Source: Zootoca vivipara
Lineage: Eukaryota
DNA length: 64,000 bases
Reading direction: 5' to 3'
Assembly: GCF_963506605.1 (NCBI RefSeq)
Contig: NC_083277.1
Coordinates: forward strand, 94,116,001 to 94,180,000
Under the pieces are notes generated by a model, which saw only the letters and a list, made by a program, of their open reading frames with translations, made no database searches and was not told where the DNA came from. How positions within the stretch are numbered: position 1 is the first letter of the stretch; every line of letters begins with the position of its first letter. Of this stretch, positions 20,901-35,400 are shown one piece after another. A program made the position numbers and the translations under genes.

Positions 20901-23900
20901 TGTAACAGAGATGGAAGACAGGAAAAACCTAAACTATTCTGACCTGCAAATTCTGAAGTTAGCATCTTGTACTGGCCTCAGGGAGGAAACAGGGAGACAA
21001 CTCAATTCCTTGAATTGTCAATATACTAACATGCATGGCACATCAAGCATCACATGGCCATCTGTCAGGGATGCTGTAGCTGCATCCAGCATGTTGAGGT
21101 TGGACCAAAAACGTCCAAGTCTCCTTTCCAACTCTAAATTCTAGGACACTTTGAACCCATGTGGTTTACAGACTGTGTGTGTTGCCCAGTCCTAACCTAT
21201 GGGTTATACTAAACTGCAACTGCAAAAGGAATCAGAAGCTGATATAACCAATGTCAGAGAAACAGAAGCAGTGATGCTGAATAACTTTGGCCCCAATTTC
21301 AGCTCTCAGGTATGCAGCTGAAAGCCACTGGCCCGCATCTAGATGTAGCTGTGTGCAAAACCTACTTAAATAAGAACCTCAGAAAGAAAAGCCACACATA
21401 GTGGCCTCTGAAGTTGTATCAGGACAGCATTTCCATTACATCACTTGGGGATGGAAACCCTTATCTTCACCTGCCCTGAGCAGGGTCAAATGAGAATAAA
21501 TAGATTGTGTGCATTTGGATGTGTATGTTTCTCCTACCCTTTGAATATCTATACCTACATCTGCATGTGTAGATCAGCTTCTCTGAGAGCAGGAGCTCCC
21601 AGTACCAAACTACACAGATGGTAAATCCTTTTGCACATAACATCCAACATGCAGTGCAGGTTTGAACATGGCTTGCGGCCGTTCTGCACACACAAAACTC
21701 CCTCCTGCATGGGCTGAAATTTTAAAAAGACCTGGAGTGGGAACACAGTTGTCCTACTCATTTGCAATGAAATGCAAGACTTCTAACATAACCAAAAATT
21801 CAACATAGCACAGAGAAAGAGAGAGAGAGATTCCACTGAATCTTTGCACTCAGTGCTTTTGACTTCTAGTCATTTTTATTGGAGTATCCAATTTCCATCA
21901 TTGCACCGATTTTCTAAATTGATATTTAGAATACAACAAAGTCTTATTGACACAGAAATCTGCTCCAGCACCAAAAATTGACATTAGCATTAGCACCAAA
22001 ATGCCAGTGTCAAATATGAACTCCAAAATCTAAACTGATTACTGGGGGAGAAATAAGACCCATCAATTAATCTATTACCTACACACTTAAGTGACCTATT
22101 CTTGTCCAGGCAGAGTTACACTGCTGAAATGCTACTACCGTACTTCTGATTTAAAAGTCTCGGGAAATAATACAGGTATCTTCAGCACCCCAGCAACCAC
22201 ACAATCTCTTAAATGCATAAAACAGGCCTGCAGAACCCAGGCTAAATGCAGTATGTCAGGCGAAAAACCTGGTCAAGCAAAAAGTCTCCAGTCTTTGCTG
22301 CTTTCCTCAGGGTTGAAACCCAGGGATGTTATAGAACACGAATCAGATATAGCCACTGGACTGTATTCAGCTTGATGCGTCATTCTACAGGTCTGGCATC
22401 AGCGAAAGAAAAAGAATAAAAAACGAAACAGAGGACCGAGGACAGAATGAGGATCTTACCTTTCTCAATACTGTATTTGGAAGCTTCCTAATTTTCTCCA
22501 CGTGTTCCGGGTTAACCCCCAGCTCACAGCAGCTTACTCTGAGCAATTCATTGTAAGTCAGCTCTTGCCGATCCAGTTCAATTTCAATGAAATCGTTCTC
22601 TTTTAGAGTACGGTTTTGAACTCGGACCTTAAGCACCAGTTCTAATTTTAAAAGACACACACACAACCACAATGTTAGGAGCATTAATAATAGGTAAGCA
22701 CTTGGCAAATGTTATTGGGTAGCAATTAAATTTCAAAAGGTTGCCTTGTTTCACTTTTGGCAATCCCTTTTTCCAACTTGTGAACCGCCCTGCAACTTGC
22801 AGGTATAGGGTGGTATACAAATTTTATAACTAACTAACTAAAATAAATAAATAAATAACAACAACTTCAATGTGATGCTTGCCAGGGAGTAGCAATGAGG
22901 CTCCTGGACTAGAGATGGAGAGCTTCAGCTCTCCAGACCTCTATCTGAGGCTCAGAATGCTCCTCAGCCCTGCTTGCCACCTTCCTCAAGTGTATTTGCC
23001 TGGCTGCACTGTCTCCTTCAACTGTGATGCTTCTTGCTTGTCTGCGTAGAGCAAGGTGTTTGTGAGTAGATACTAACCTACTATACAAAGATAGCATTTA
23101 CATTCATGGATCTGCCCACTTTTCCCCAGGCCCTGCCCACCACTGGAATGTGGTCCAGAATATAATGTAACCATTAAGCTGAAAAAGCTTCACAAAGTCT
23201 GTGATAGACCAAACCTGCCATCACATTATTAAACCCTCGAGTTGGGGGGACGGGGGACGCAGAGAGAGGCAGGCGATTGACAAGGTCCTTGAATATGCAG
23301 GCAGCAGGAAATAAACATGGATATAACCCCCCCCCCCCCGGCCATGCTATCTCTGCCTTTAGCAGAAAGAGCCAGGCTTAAGTATTTTTGCACTGTAAGT
23401 TGCCTCAATAAGGTTTTGGAGGCCCAAAACAATGAAATAAATAATACTACTTCGGTAATATGCCTAGATACGCACTCAATTTAAGCAACAGCAATTAAGA
23501 CAAATGAGCATTAATGTTTCTGGGGAAAGAGAAATCCACGGTACCCCTAATGATACACTATCATTTAGAGGTCAGGAATAACAACTTCAATAAATCAATT
23601 TTTCTGTATCTGCAATAGGCTAAACAAAAACAGTGAAGTGATTTGGGAGGGTATAGAATCCACCTAGTTTAGTAAGATAAGGAACAATTTCTACTACTAA
23701 AATATACCCTCACTTATATAATCAATAGGCAATGGGTATGAGTTCTGTAAATCCACAGAAGTGACCATCCTCTGCTTGGTGTGAGAGGGATTAATTTAGC
23801 ACTATTCAACATTCACATGAATGTGCTTAGGGGCAGTGATCATGACTGGGCTCACCCAAGCGCATTTGATAACATGTCTGGAAATAATTGCCAGATGTAG

Positions 23901-26900
23901 ACTCTTCCCATGTGATTCGAGGACTCTGCCTGTTTGACAGAGCCTACACACAGTTTTATCTCCCCACAGATTTTCCAGACATTACATTGAATGCCTCCTT
24001 CCCTCTTCTATACACCTTCAGACAAATGTCTGATTAGTGCTTATGTGACTGTTTCCCAGGCAGCTGGGGGGAAAACCCCAGAAACTTTGGGGGATTTCAT
24101 TTAGAGATCACTGTCTTGACCACTGGGTTATATGAAGTGACAGAAAAATTAGGAAGGGACTTCTGACCAAGGAGGATTATAAACAAAACCCTGTGCTAAT
24201 TGATTTGTTATCCTATCCTATCCAATTTCTGTTCAATCTACACACAGTTTTTATTCTAATTGTTTTCACCAAAAGGCAGCACTGAGTTATCCTGAAAGCT
24301 TAGCAGCTGAGGTTACCTTGCATGTTACTAAGGGGAAATGTTCCGGTGAAGAAAAAGGGCTGAAATGTTGGAACAGGTCCAGCAGAGGAACCATTTGGTG
24401 GCTGTGTTTCAGGCTGTTTAGATGCAACAGGAGAAGAGAATGTCCTGTTTGGAGGAAGAGGCATCTGGTGACCGTGACCATTCTGGACTGCAGGCTCTGG
24501 GGATTCTGCTGTCATTGCCCTTGCCATGTTCCCATTGGACCCCAGAGAGGAAAGCTTTTCATTTTGCAACATGGTAGTGCCAGGTGCCTGAACTTGAGGT
24601 AAAGAAAGAGGGCAGTCTTCATTGTGCTGTTCTAAGGAAGGGGAAAGTCTTCCATTCAAAGAGGAAGCTGAGGTGCTGGTAGTGCTGCTACTCATGGAGT
24701 TATACACATAAGGGAAAGGTGGGTTAGCCAAGTAATTCGGTATAATGGGCAAGGCAGAATCTTTCTTCTCATCCGGAAGCTCTTCAGCATCTTCCACTGC
24801 AAAAGAAAGAATAGCTCTAAATAAAGGCTTTTTTCCAACTAAACATACAGAGATTTGGTGAGTAACCTGGTGGGAGAGAGAGAGAGAGAGAGAAATAGCA
24901 CTGCTAAGCTAGCTGTACATGTTAAAATTGAAATGTGCACATAAAAATAAATTAAGCATTTCTAACGCTATAATAAAATGCAATCATTTGATACTTCTAT
25001 TATGAAGTTAGATATTAAATTAAATGTCACAAAAACTATCCCTGCACTTCCCCACCTGGGATTAATGAGGGGCTACATTTTTAACAAAGTCAAAGTTCAG
25101 CAATCAATTTTTGATGGTTACAGTGTTCCTTTTTCCAAATCAGTATCTGTACACATCAATGCTGATTCTAGCAAAAGGATTAAAGGAGACTTGGGGGAGA
25201 AAGTTACAAGGGCAGCAAGATCATACTGTTTCATCTTCATTGAATCACTATGGATCCCTTCGGCACCAAAATATTCTTGACAGTTATTAGTATCAACCGA
25301 TCATTTTACCTCCCAGCATCTTCCTAATTTCCCTCTTTGATGTTAACTGGGCTGGTGTTTCTTCTTTAACAGTCAGAACGTCCTTATCAGCGCCAGCATG
25401 TAGCAAGTATGATACCACTTGAGCATGGTTCCGTTTGCAGGCCCAATGCAAGCAAGTCCTGCACAAGGCAAATGTAACAGCTAAGTTTGGGAGGTGCAAA
25501 CACACTACATTAAACAAAAATAAAAAATTGATGTACTGTATTCGTTGAAAAATGAGAGCCTACCTGAGTTTTGCTATACTGTACTTAGATTTTTTATACC
25601 GGTATTTCTTATACATTCCTATAGTGACACCTACTGGCAGAATCCTTCCCTACTGCAAATCACAGGGCTTCAAAGTTCAGTACAGTACTTCTAGTTTCAC
25701 AGCTTTCACATGCAGTTCTCAGGCAGAAAGGCCAAAGAGATGAGCCCACACTCTAAAACGTCCAATATCTGGGGCACACTTAAAAACAACAACAACTGAA
25801 TTAAGATTTGAGGCACATTTCCCCTTCCTGGAAAAACAAACAAACCAAAACCCATTTTTAGAGAGGATTTCACTAATTTAATGCAATTACCTAATTTACT
25901 TGACAAGGTAAGGTATAACTACAAAACATTCATTTCCCCCCTCCAAACAACATCTCAGTGTAACAGCAAACTATTGATAAAGGCAATCTTGCATATACCC
26001 AAATCCACAGGCAATACCTTCGTAAACAGAATTCTTGTGTTCAAGTCTAGTGTATTTGGAGTGATCTGGATAAAAAGGCGCAAAACTTTTTTTCCTTTTG
26101 TATGTCTGCAAACCTTGGGAGCTTCCCATAGTCTGCTGTTGTGTGCGGATGGCACCACGGTGGCTACAAAAGGATCCACACACACTAATTGACTATGCAA
26201 ATATGAGGAATGGTGATAATTAAAGCTCCAGTGGGGCAGAGACTTCTTCCTGCAACTCTGTATGGTTTATTACCTTGCCCCTTTCCAAACAACGCCCAGT
26301 GAGGGCAAGTAATTCTTCTGCACCTTTGAAGCAACTGAAACTGGACCATCCAATCAAGACTCAGGGCTTATCTACACGTCCTGCTGCAGGGCAAGGGGAA
26401 AACTGAACCCATGTCTAGAAAACCGCTTGGACCCATGCTTTCTAGGTACAGCACAAGCAGAAGTGTGGGCAAGCCTATAGTGATGTTGACCTTTTCAAGC
26501 ATGGCCCCCCTACTATCCTGCAAAACTGCTATTTCTTTGTTTAGTGCATTTGTCTACCTTCTTTCTTCCAAGATGCTCAAGACAGCACACATCAGGTTAT
26601 CCTATTTTTATCATAAGAGCAACCCAATAAAGTAGTGTAAGACCATCCAGTGAGCTGCCTAAGTGAGCAAGGATTTGAGTCCGAGTCTCTATAATCTAAA
26701 TTCAATGCTTTTTCCAGTTCAACAAATAGTGCCCAGTTATGCAGTGTCAAAAAAGTATGCAGGCATAATTGAAAAGGACATAGATTTGCATAGGATAACG
26801 TATATGCATCAATGTCGGTTTATAATACCGTAATTACTATAATTTAAAATATGTACAATGCATCTCACTATAGATGAGACAACTACAATCAAGTGACCCA

Positions 26901-28382
26901 TTTGCTTGTTCAGTCTGCTGTCCAGTTGTTTACTGTTGATGGAGTAACTTCAGAGCTCTTGCCCTCCTTTTCAGGTTCATCTTTAAACCAGACTTGGACT
27001 TGACAGCCCTTCAAACAGAGGGGGACACCTTCAAATAGAATCCTGTCCTCTCTAAAGCAGGACACTTGGTCACCCTAGTTCATTACTACTTATTTTATCT
27101 CAAGATTCTTTTTAAAACATTACTTCTGCTAGAAAAGGTCACAGATCATTGCAAATAAAAACCATTTCCATTATAAAGCTATTCTCTTTCAGATCCATAT
27201 GGTTGATTTTGAGACTACTGCAGTATTAGACTTTGTTAATTGGTTAACGAAGTCATATAGCTCTAACCAATGTTAAACTTTCTGTATTTTCTAACATATT
27301 TAGTATACAATGCTGATTTTGAGATTGCCAATAGTTTACTGTACAGCAAAGGTAAAGGTAAAGGGACCCCTGACCATTAGGTCCAGTTGCAGACGACTCT
27401 AGGGTCGCAGTGCTCATCTTGCTTTATTGGCCAAGGGAGCCGGCGTACAGCTTCTGGGTCATGTGGCCAACATGACTAAGCCACTTCTGGCGAACCAGAG
27501 CAGCACACGGAAACGCCATTTACATTTACTGTACAGTATTGTACTATAATACTATAATTCTCTGGGTATAGGGTGGTATATTAATTAATAACAATTTATA
27601 ACTACACTAATATTGTTAGAATTTTTCTCTCCAATGTGCAGTTATCTATCATTGTATCATTCTGACAAAGTTTTGCTATATTCTTCTGCTCTCAACAAAT
27701 CTCAAAACAATTTTGTGCCACATGCAAATCTCACTAATTCACTCCTTCCCTTTCCACGTCCAAATCACAATACATTTCCAAATCACAATACATTTCCATA
27801 AGACCAACCAACAAGAGAAGAAAAGAAAGCACAGTGGCCATATATTCAATTTATATTACAAAAAAATGATCCTTTTACTTTATGAGAACTTTTAGAAATA
27901 TCTGACAACACGAAGAATATAATTGCTAAAATATGAGATTCACCTCACAAAAGCCAACAAAAGAGAAAGGCACTTGTGATCAAACAAGCAAACAGATCTC
28001 TTCAGTGTGATGTAGACACTGTTAACAAGATTAAAATAAACTTTTGAACACTATAAAACGTAACAGCAAATGCATTGTCTGACCCTCCTTTTAGGAATTT
28101 TAGAATGGATGAATTGCAAGAAGAAAAGACTTTAAAAATATCACTCCAAACTCGGTGACCAAGTCTACCACACACCGCTCTCTGAAAATGCCAATACGTA
28201 TGGTATTGCCCAAAAGCTGTCAATGCAATTCACTTGAAAAATGCTCACCAGCCGTTGATTTCGTTTTGAGAGTTCACACTCACGCCACATTCCACCAATC
28301 GCTGGACTTCTTCAACATCCCCCAAAGCAGCGGCTTCTCTTAGTCGCTCCTGAAGCTCTTTTTCCTCTGCTGCAGAGGTCAT
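17796..28382 (-). CDS. ANKRD40: Ankyrin repeat domain-containing protein 40, 363 aa; exons 28382-28249, 25458-25310, 24796-24317, 22641-22460, 17942-17796
   Basis: Five GT-AG exons (134+149+480+182+147 = 1092 nt) give an uninterrupted ORF: MTSAAEEKELQERLREAAALGD...NGWTCLHWACKRNH (ankyrin repeats), a S/P-rich linker, ELVLKVRVQN...FIEIELDRQELTY domain, and end PCYNKKASKLTY*. Syntenic between ABCC3 and LUC7L3. Confidence 0.95.
20270..20650 (+). mobile_element. Ancient CR1/L3 LINE reverse-transcriptase fragment
   Basis: Decayed RT motifs SRAFDNVPY..L..KLEK and IPQGSALG/D..L..IFINSL. Confidence 0.75.
22460..22641 (-). CDS. ANKRD40: ANKRD40 exon 4 (C-terminal domain)
   Basis: tag|AA CTG GTG ... 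AAG|gtaaga, 182 bp. Confidence 0.95.
24317..24796 (-). CDS. ANKRD40: ANKRD40 exon 3 (low-complexity linker)
   Basis: cag|TG GAA GAT ... CAA G|gtaacc, 480 bp; matches ORF 24300..24797. Confidence 0.93.
24873..24893. repeat. (GA)n microsatellite
   Basis: Direct reading. Confidence 0.9.
25310..25458 (-). CDS. ANKRD40: ANKRD40 exon 2 (ankyrin repeat TCLHWACKRNHAQVVSYLL...)
   Basis: cag|G ACT TGC ... GGA G|gtaaaa, 149 bp. Confidence 0.95.
27347..27524 (-). mobile_element. 5'-truncated Sauria SINE with 12-bp TSD TTTACTGTACAG
   Basis: (ACCTTT)n tail seen as aaaggtaaaggtaaaggg; TSD at 27335-27346 and 27525-27536. Confidence 0.9.
28249..28382 (-). CDS. ANKRD40: ANKRD40 coding exon 1 (MTSAAEEKELQERLREAAALGDVEEVQRLVECGVSVNSQNEINGW)
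   Basis: ATG at 28382, donor TG|gtgagc; missed by the ORF track. Confidence 0.93.
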
Positions 28383-29130
28383 GTTACAAAATTATCTTTG
28401 CAGTAAAACTTTGGGATTGTCGAATGGAGCCGCCTACTGCGAACGACGGATCATCTTATAAAACTAGTCCATCAGAGGCAGGAAGAATCCGATCCGTCCT
28501 GAAAGAAAAGTCTCACACCTTAGTCCTTTTTAATCTTAAACTCATATGCAGCTATTTCCTACCTATGGCTCATAAATCAAAATGTTTCACATTTCTGAAG
28601 GCCATTTCCCCCTAATTGCATAGTCTAGACGGATACGACTTCCTCCTTCTCGCAGGGGGACTCTATTAAGTGCGACAACAATGACCTAGATATTTAGTTC
28701 CTACCAACAGTCCGGCACGCGAACATTCACGCGCTCCTGCAATCTGTTAGCTTGCAGAACACTTTCATCCCCCCCCCCCATTTGCTCATACGGGTTAGTA
28801 TTTAAAATATAAGCAGTTTTTGTCGCGATCACTACTTTATACCACAACCTATCCCAACTCCGGATCTCCCTGCATTTTATTGCTTGTGCTTCCACGGAGA
28901 AGGATCGTCAGTTTCCCTCCCTTCCCCGGTGGCAGATTCCTAGCGCGATGTACGTTGCAAATAATATGTTAAGACTACTGATCCAAACGTACTAAAACCG
29001 TGAGCCAGTTCCTTGTAAAAGAGGAAGCTCGGCTTAAAAAAAAGGTATGATGCGTCATGAGATGATGCTGGAGCCCAGAAAAAAATGGTAGCAGTTCTAC
29101 AGGGATGCAGAGCAGGCTACAGCGGTAAAT
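28383..29130 (-). promoter_or_regulatory. ANKRD40 5' UTR/promoter, CpG-retaining but relatively AT-rich
   Basis: Many CpGs immediately upstream of the ATG compared with CpG-depleted flanks. Confidence 0.55.
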
Positions 29131-31439
29131 CTAAAATACAGTAGCTAAATATAATGTAGAGCAGCCCATTTGAAATATTGACTTGGTAAATTTATGTCTC
29201 CCTAGTAATCTGCCAGTGCCGTCCTCAGTTTTATTACAATGTGCACATTTTGCTATAATTAAGGTTTCTTAGTCCATGTTGCAGATTGCTTCTTAAAATG
29301 GAACAGAAGGGTGCTTGCTGTCTGAATTACGATGGCCAGACACACAGGGCAGCAGTTTCTCAGTTGGGGCGTTATAGCTATGGGAAGACCACCCAAGTCC
29401 ATCACTGCTGGCCTGTCCCATTACCTAACATATTTTAGTAGGACCGATTCACTGTTTTGACAGTTTGTGGGGGGTTCTGCCTGAGGAAATGTAAGGACAC
29501 CAGAAATGTAATATGGATGATTGGCTTCCCAAATTGACCAGACGAAATCTCAGGCAGTTGTACATATTATAAAACAGATTTATTAAAACATTTATTGCAA
29601 TAAATGGTGGCAGTGAGAATGAGTTTCTCATTCTGCCCGACCCATGGGCATACACAGAGTGCTTTTATACCTTTTTGACAGAGTGAAGTGAAGATCAGCC
29701 TTTCTGCAGTACTTCATCAACCAATCAAGAGAGAGCACCCCAAGATGCAAAGTCACCCGCCCAACTCTACTAGGTGGCGTTATGTACCTGGTACCTTCAT
29801 ACACGTGTCTATGTGGAATTTTACAGGCACAATTGTGGTTGTGCTCTACTTATAATTTGCGGTGGGCTACATCCTCTTGCTCTTGTGGTTTATGCTAGAA
29901 TTTCTTAGAAGTGCTGTGTGTGGTTAGATCTTTGCATTAGATGTGCAAACATGCTGTGCCTGTTTGCTTTCTATCAGAGGCAGAGAGATTTAGAATTGAA
30001 TATACAAAATGGAGTTCCTCTTGCTTTTATGGCCTGACCAGGATTATTCTGGCCCTGGTCATTGCCACCCTATAGTATACTTTCCATATTTTGGTTGTTT
30101 CCTTTTAATGATTTAATATTGTTTAAAGTGCCTAGTAGTCTTTTTTAAAAAGAAGGGTGGGGAATAAATATATTAATAAAATGTGGGAAAATAAACAAAA
30201 CTTTAGTGCCAGGTTCCTTCTAGCAGTAAAACATAAATACATACCATTGTTTTGCAGGATATGGTTAAGATTTTGTGTCCTGTTTTTGTTTTAATGATAC
30301 TGTTTTTTGCATTGAACACTGTGCTGTGATTGCATAATAAAAATTCACATTGATTGATCCAGAAGCAAACCCTTGCCCAGACCTCACAGGCATTTTACAA
30401 CTAAAATAAAACATTTGGAACCCTGGGAATACTAAGAAATTTACTTGGAATGGGTGGGATTCTCCATGAAAAAAAAAGTGTGTTATTTTCACAGCTACGT
30501 AGAAATGACAGGCAGAGAAGCCTTTAGAGAACAAAAGGTTGGCAACTCACATAAACAAGAAGGAGCCAAACATGATTTCCCTTCTGTTTCTCCTTCACAA
30601 AGTCAAGACAATACTTGCCTAATGATAGTTCTCTTTTGGGGGAAATTCTGACTTAACATGTTTACTCAGAAGTATATCCCATTATGCTCAGGACTAGTGT
30701 TTAGGATTGCAGTCTGAGTCTTATGTACTCAGCCTCAGGTGTCAGATGTTTTATAAACAAAAACTGGCCATGTTTTATAGAGTGATTGTATTATGATTCT
30801 GTCTCACAGCATGAGACTATTTTTTAAAAGTACCCCTTGTCAAAGAAGTATTTAATTTCCTTGGTATTATTGAGCTGTAGGGTAACACCTACACACTGCC
30901 TTTCCCATTGGGGTTCTAATAGTAACAGGTGCAGGACTATTTTTGAAGGTTCGTTAAGCAAATGTGGGACCAGAGGATTATTTAAAACAAATCTGAATAG
31001 AGCCATTGTTTGTGTATTATGGCTCTGGAAGGCTTGGGTAACAGGACTTCGATTTTACAGTTTTTATAGTTGAAAGGGACCACAAAGGTCATCTTTTGCT
31101 CAAACCCATGACCTAGATTAAGATTCTCCTGCTCCATCGACTGAGCTTTCTCCTGTATTTGTCACCTTTTTTTCTTTCTTTCAGAAACGAAAACTCAAAA
31201 GTGACTTACAAAAAAAGAGAATAACAAAGCGACTTAATATACAGCAGTGTTATATATTGTACAGAAGAGCAGATCAAGTCGTTCCAAAAATTTATTTCGC
31301 GAATTCTGTGAAGAGGTTGCAAACTCATGTCCATTTCTATCAAAAAGAGGGGATGCTCTGTGCAAAACTGAACGCTGCTCGTTCTTGAAGGCGGAGGACA
31401 CTCTCTTTTAGGAAGGGCTGTTCTAGTCAGGAGTAACTG

Positions 31440-32420
31440 TCAAAGGCGGCGGCGCAGCTGCACCTCCCACGACTCCCTCTCTCCCGCCCCAGGCAAGACC
31501 CGCGCGCAGGCAAGCGCTAGGCCTGGGCCACAAGACCCTGGGCGGTTACGCGAGATCTGCGCGGTGCATTGTGGGGAACGCCCTGGGCTTGAGGGTGCCG
31601 CCATTTTGTCTCTGTCACTCTCGTCAGCGGCGCGGTTTGGGTGTTATTGAAGGAAGGGGGGGAGGCGGAGGCGGCGGGAAGGAAAGAAAGCGCTGGAGGC
31701 CGCGGCGGAGAGGCCGGACTTGACGAGCGGGGCATCATGATTTCGGCCGCCCAACTTCTGGATGAGCTTATGGGCCGGGACAGGAACCTGGCCCCGGATG
31801 AAAAGCGCAGCAACGTGCGGTGGGACCACGATAGCGTGAGTATGGCCGAGACGGGGCCTCCTCCTCATCTTATCGCGGGCCCTCGCTTGGTCGAGGCCCT
31901 TTTGCGCGCGCTTTGAGGGGCGGAGGTAAAGTGGAGGGGGAGAGAAGATGGACCCGTTAGCAGTACAGTGCGAGGAAGAGGTTTACCTGGCGGAGGTCCT
32001 AAAATGGGGAGGAGGAGGAGGAGCCGCTCCGCTATTAACTGCTAGAATAGCTTGCAGTCAAAGAGGTCAGGGCGCCTTAAGGCCCTGCGCAGCGGGTAGC
32101 GGGCGTGATAGGCAGGGAGCCTCGGAAAGGCTTTGCGGGAGGAAAACGGGGTTGCGTTTCGTGGCCTTGGGGATTGAAGGACAAACAAGGAAAGGTTCAC
32201 GCCTTATGTTCACGCTGAGGATTTGTGGTTGAAGCGAACAAGAGCTAAACCTCAGGATTTGGGGCGACTGCCTTTTGGGGGAACGCACGGACAGGGAGAT
32301 TTGAATCCTTTGGGGAGGGCGAGGCACCCGCTGCTCGAATAAAGGGCGTACCGTTCCTGTAGTTTCAACTCTCTTTAATGTGTGATGCTTTTAAGATCGC
32401 TTGTTCCACCGCCTTCTAAT
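31440..32420 (+). promoter_or_regulatory. LUC7L3 CpG-island promoter with YY1 site (GCCGCCATTTTG, 31597-31608) and ZNF143/Staf-like site (GCATTGTGGG, ~31566-31575)
   Basis: Sharp rise in GC and CpG around exon 1; motif matches read directly. Confidence 0.8.
31737..31835 (+). CDS. LUC7L3: LUC7L3 exon 1
   Basis: ATG ATT TCG ... AGC|gtgagt, 99 bp. Confidence 0.96.
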
Positions 32421-35400
32421 ACGAAGCACAGCTGCCTACGAGAGAGTGTTAACAACCGGAAAGCATTGCAGTGCTACTATCTGGCGAAGTGGTAAATAAG
32501 GCTGCAAAATACAGGCACAGCCGAAAACTAAAACAAGCGGGGGGACCGAAATAAACTCGAGCATTGATCGGGCAAAAGGTCTGCCAAAACACAAATTTAT
32601 TTAAAGTATTGTGCGAGGGGCTGGGGCAGGATGTTCTAAAGTCTATGAGTGCTGCAGTCAAAGGTCCTGTCACCTCTTCCCACCAACTGTGCTTCAAATG
32701 AGGGCCACACATGGGCAAGAGTCTCAGCACTTGACTTAGTAACTGACTATCTTAGGAGAGGACATGACCCTTTAGGTATCCTGGTTGCACACTGTTTGGG
32801 TATAAAGATAATGGCCAGCAATCTCAGTTGCATCTGGGAAATGACTGGGACCTAGTGATATACAGGAAGATTCCCACACCTGTCCCACTCAGAAATCAAA
32901 GTGCTGCATTTTGTACCAGCTGAAGTTTTCACACTGTTGTTCAAAGGCAGCCCAGTCTTGATGTAGCTAAACCATTTGTGATTGTAGCCCTTATCCACAA
33001 ACAGTGCTGTGAGTACACCAGCCAAACCAGGCAACCACACTGTTGGCCACAATCACATCTTGGAATCAGAAGCAACACTCCTAAAATACAAATTTTGCAT
33101 TTGTAAAGAATTCAGGACAATTCCTGTTGACATTGCAGGAGTTAGGGATTTGTGACCATTGAGTTTCTCCAGAGGCTTTGCTTCTTAACTTGTGACAGCA
33201 GTGAACGTTCATTTACATTGAAAGAGTACATTTCCCCCTTTAACAGCTAGCATACAGTACACAGTTTTTGCTATATCTACACATAAAGAGCTGTTGAATT
33301 CATAATGTTGAGAAGTATTTTGCTCCTCTGTTATAGCATTGCCTTAGGAAACTCTGGGCAGGCTGCCTAAAACGTGTTGGAGTCACACTCCTGAAGGAGC
33401 AGGTACCTAACTTGAGGGTGTTTCTGGATCCATTACTATCACTTGAGGCTCAAGTGGCCTTGATGGCTTTGAGCAATGGCTCAGCTGCATCACAATTTGG
33501 ACAGGAACAACCTAACTTCTGGTGTCTAAGCTTGTGATGATCTAAGTTGGACTACTGCAATGTGTTATACAGGCAACTCCGGCGGAACATGTGTAAGCCC
33601 ACCTCGTTCAGCCCCCTTTCAGGGCCACAGTGTGCATGTCTGGGATCACACACCAATCAAACACATGTAAAATTGTTGCCGTCTGTACATTGAAGATGGT
33701 TCTGCAACTGGTGCAGAATTTGGCAGCCAGATTGTTGACTGGGACAGAACTGTCTGAACATACGGTATAACTGATTTTAGCATGACTGCACTGGCTATCA
33801 GTTTCTGGACTCAATTCAGAGTGCTGGTTTTGACCTTTAAAGCCATATGTAGTTGAGGACCACAGTACCTCAAGAACCACTGCTCCCCTGAAGCCTGCAG
33901 TCATCATATGAGACCCTTCTTTGTGTGCCCCCTCCACAGGATATTTGGAGGGTGTAGTATGCTCTTCCCAGGGATGCACGCCTGGCACCATTTTATTTAT
34001 TTTAGGCTCCAGGCAAATACTTTTCTCTCTACCTTGCCTCTGGTTCCTTAATTTGAAAGGTGGCATTGTGGCCTCTTTTAGTGGGGTCAGTAATTCCTCA
34101 TCTGTTGTATCTGTTTAACTGTATTTTTAGATTGTTGTTGGGTGTTCTTAATTGGTTTTAATGTAAGTTGCTAAGGGTCGCTCTTTGAGAAAAGCAGCTC
34201 ACTGATATAACCAATACTGTATATAAATTGAATAACCTCTGTGCAGTTGGGAAAACGTTTCTGATTTCCAGATGCTAGAACTTAGTGTTTAGGAAATTTC
34301 CAGAGAAATGTACCAATATATTCCTCAAATATCGGCACTACACATGGGCAATCTGTCGCAGACATTCTTTCACTGGCCCCTGTGAAGAAATGAGTCAGTA
34401 CTCATCCATACTGTATAGAAGCTGTTTAAAGATAGCACAAAAAAGTGTTCCTTTATTATTTTTTCCAGAAGTCAAATAGTGGCTCACATAGTATATACAT
34501 TTCTTTAACGATATATTGAAAATTTTTATTTCCTGCTCACTTACGGAGCAATCCATTACATGTCTACTCTGCAGTAAGTCTCCCTAAGTTCACTGGTGTG
34601 AGCAGATACACCAGCATAGTTAAGCTGCAGCCTATCAGTTCTAGGTTGGAGGTGGGGCAAGGTTGGAGAGCAGTGTAAACATTCATTTTCTGTGTTTCCA
34701 TTGGCTGCTGAATTTTAGTTGCACCTACCCTGTTTCTCCTAAAATAAGACATACCCATAAAATAAGCCATAGCAGGATTTCTAAGCATTTGCACAATATA
34801 AGCCATACCCCGAAAATAAGACATAGTGATAGGCGCAGTTCTGGAGGGCCCCAAGGAAGAGGCGAGGCTGGACGCGTAATAAAAAATAAGACATCCCCTG
34901 AAAATAAGCCACTGTGGGGTTTTTTTAAAGGAAAAATAAATATAAGAGGGTGTCTTATTTTCGGAGAAACACGGTATATTTTGGTGGCATGCTCTGGAGG
35001 TGGAACCAGTGAATGAAAGGATTTAATATGCAGTGTAAATGTGTTTATCCCTCTCCTTGTCCCTGACATACACTCTTTTTGTCCATTATGCCAACATAAC
35101 TTCCACTGGCTTATTTTATGCCAAGATGAGTCATTCGATCAGTTTAAGGCCAGGATATGGTAATATGCCACATCCTAATTTCTCTCAGAAGGTGCATTTA
35201 GGAGTTAGGATTGCATTGCTTTCTACTGAGGAACATAGGAAGCTGCCTTATACTGAGTCAGACCATTGTCTACACTGACTTGCAGTGACTGTCCCCAGTG
35301 ACTCCCTGATTTCAAAACTGAGTTCAGCCTCACCTAGAAAGGCTGGGGATTGAACTTGGAACCTGTATGCCACTGAGCTACGTTACTATAGGATTGCAGC

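Noticed and set aside
31641-31736. In-frame non-AUG extension of LUC7L3
   Set aside because: Expected by chance in a G-rich 5' UTR; the conserved protein starts at MISAAQLL.
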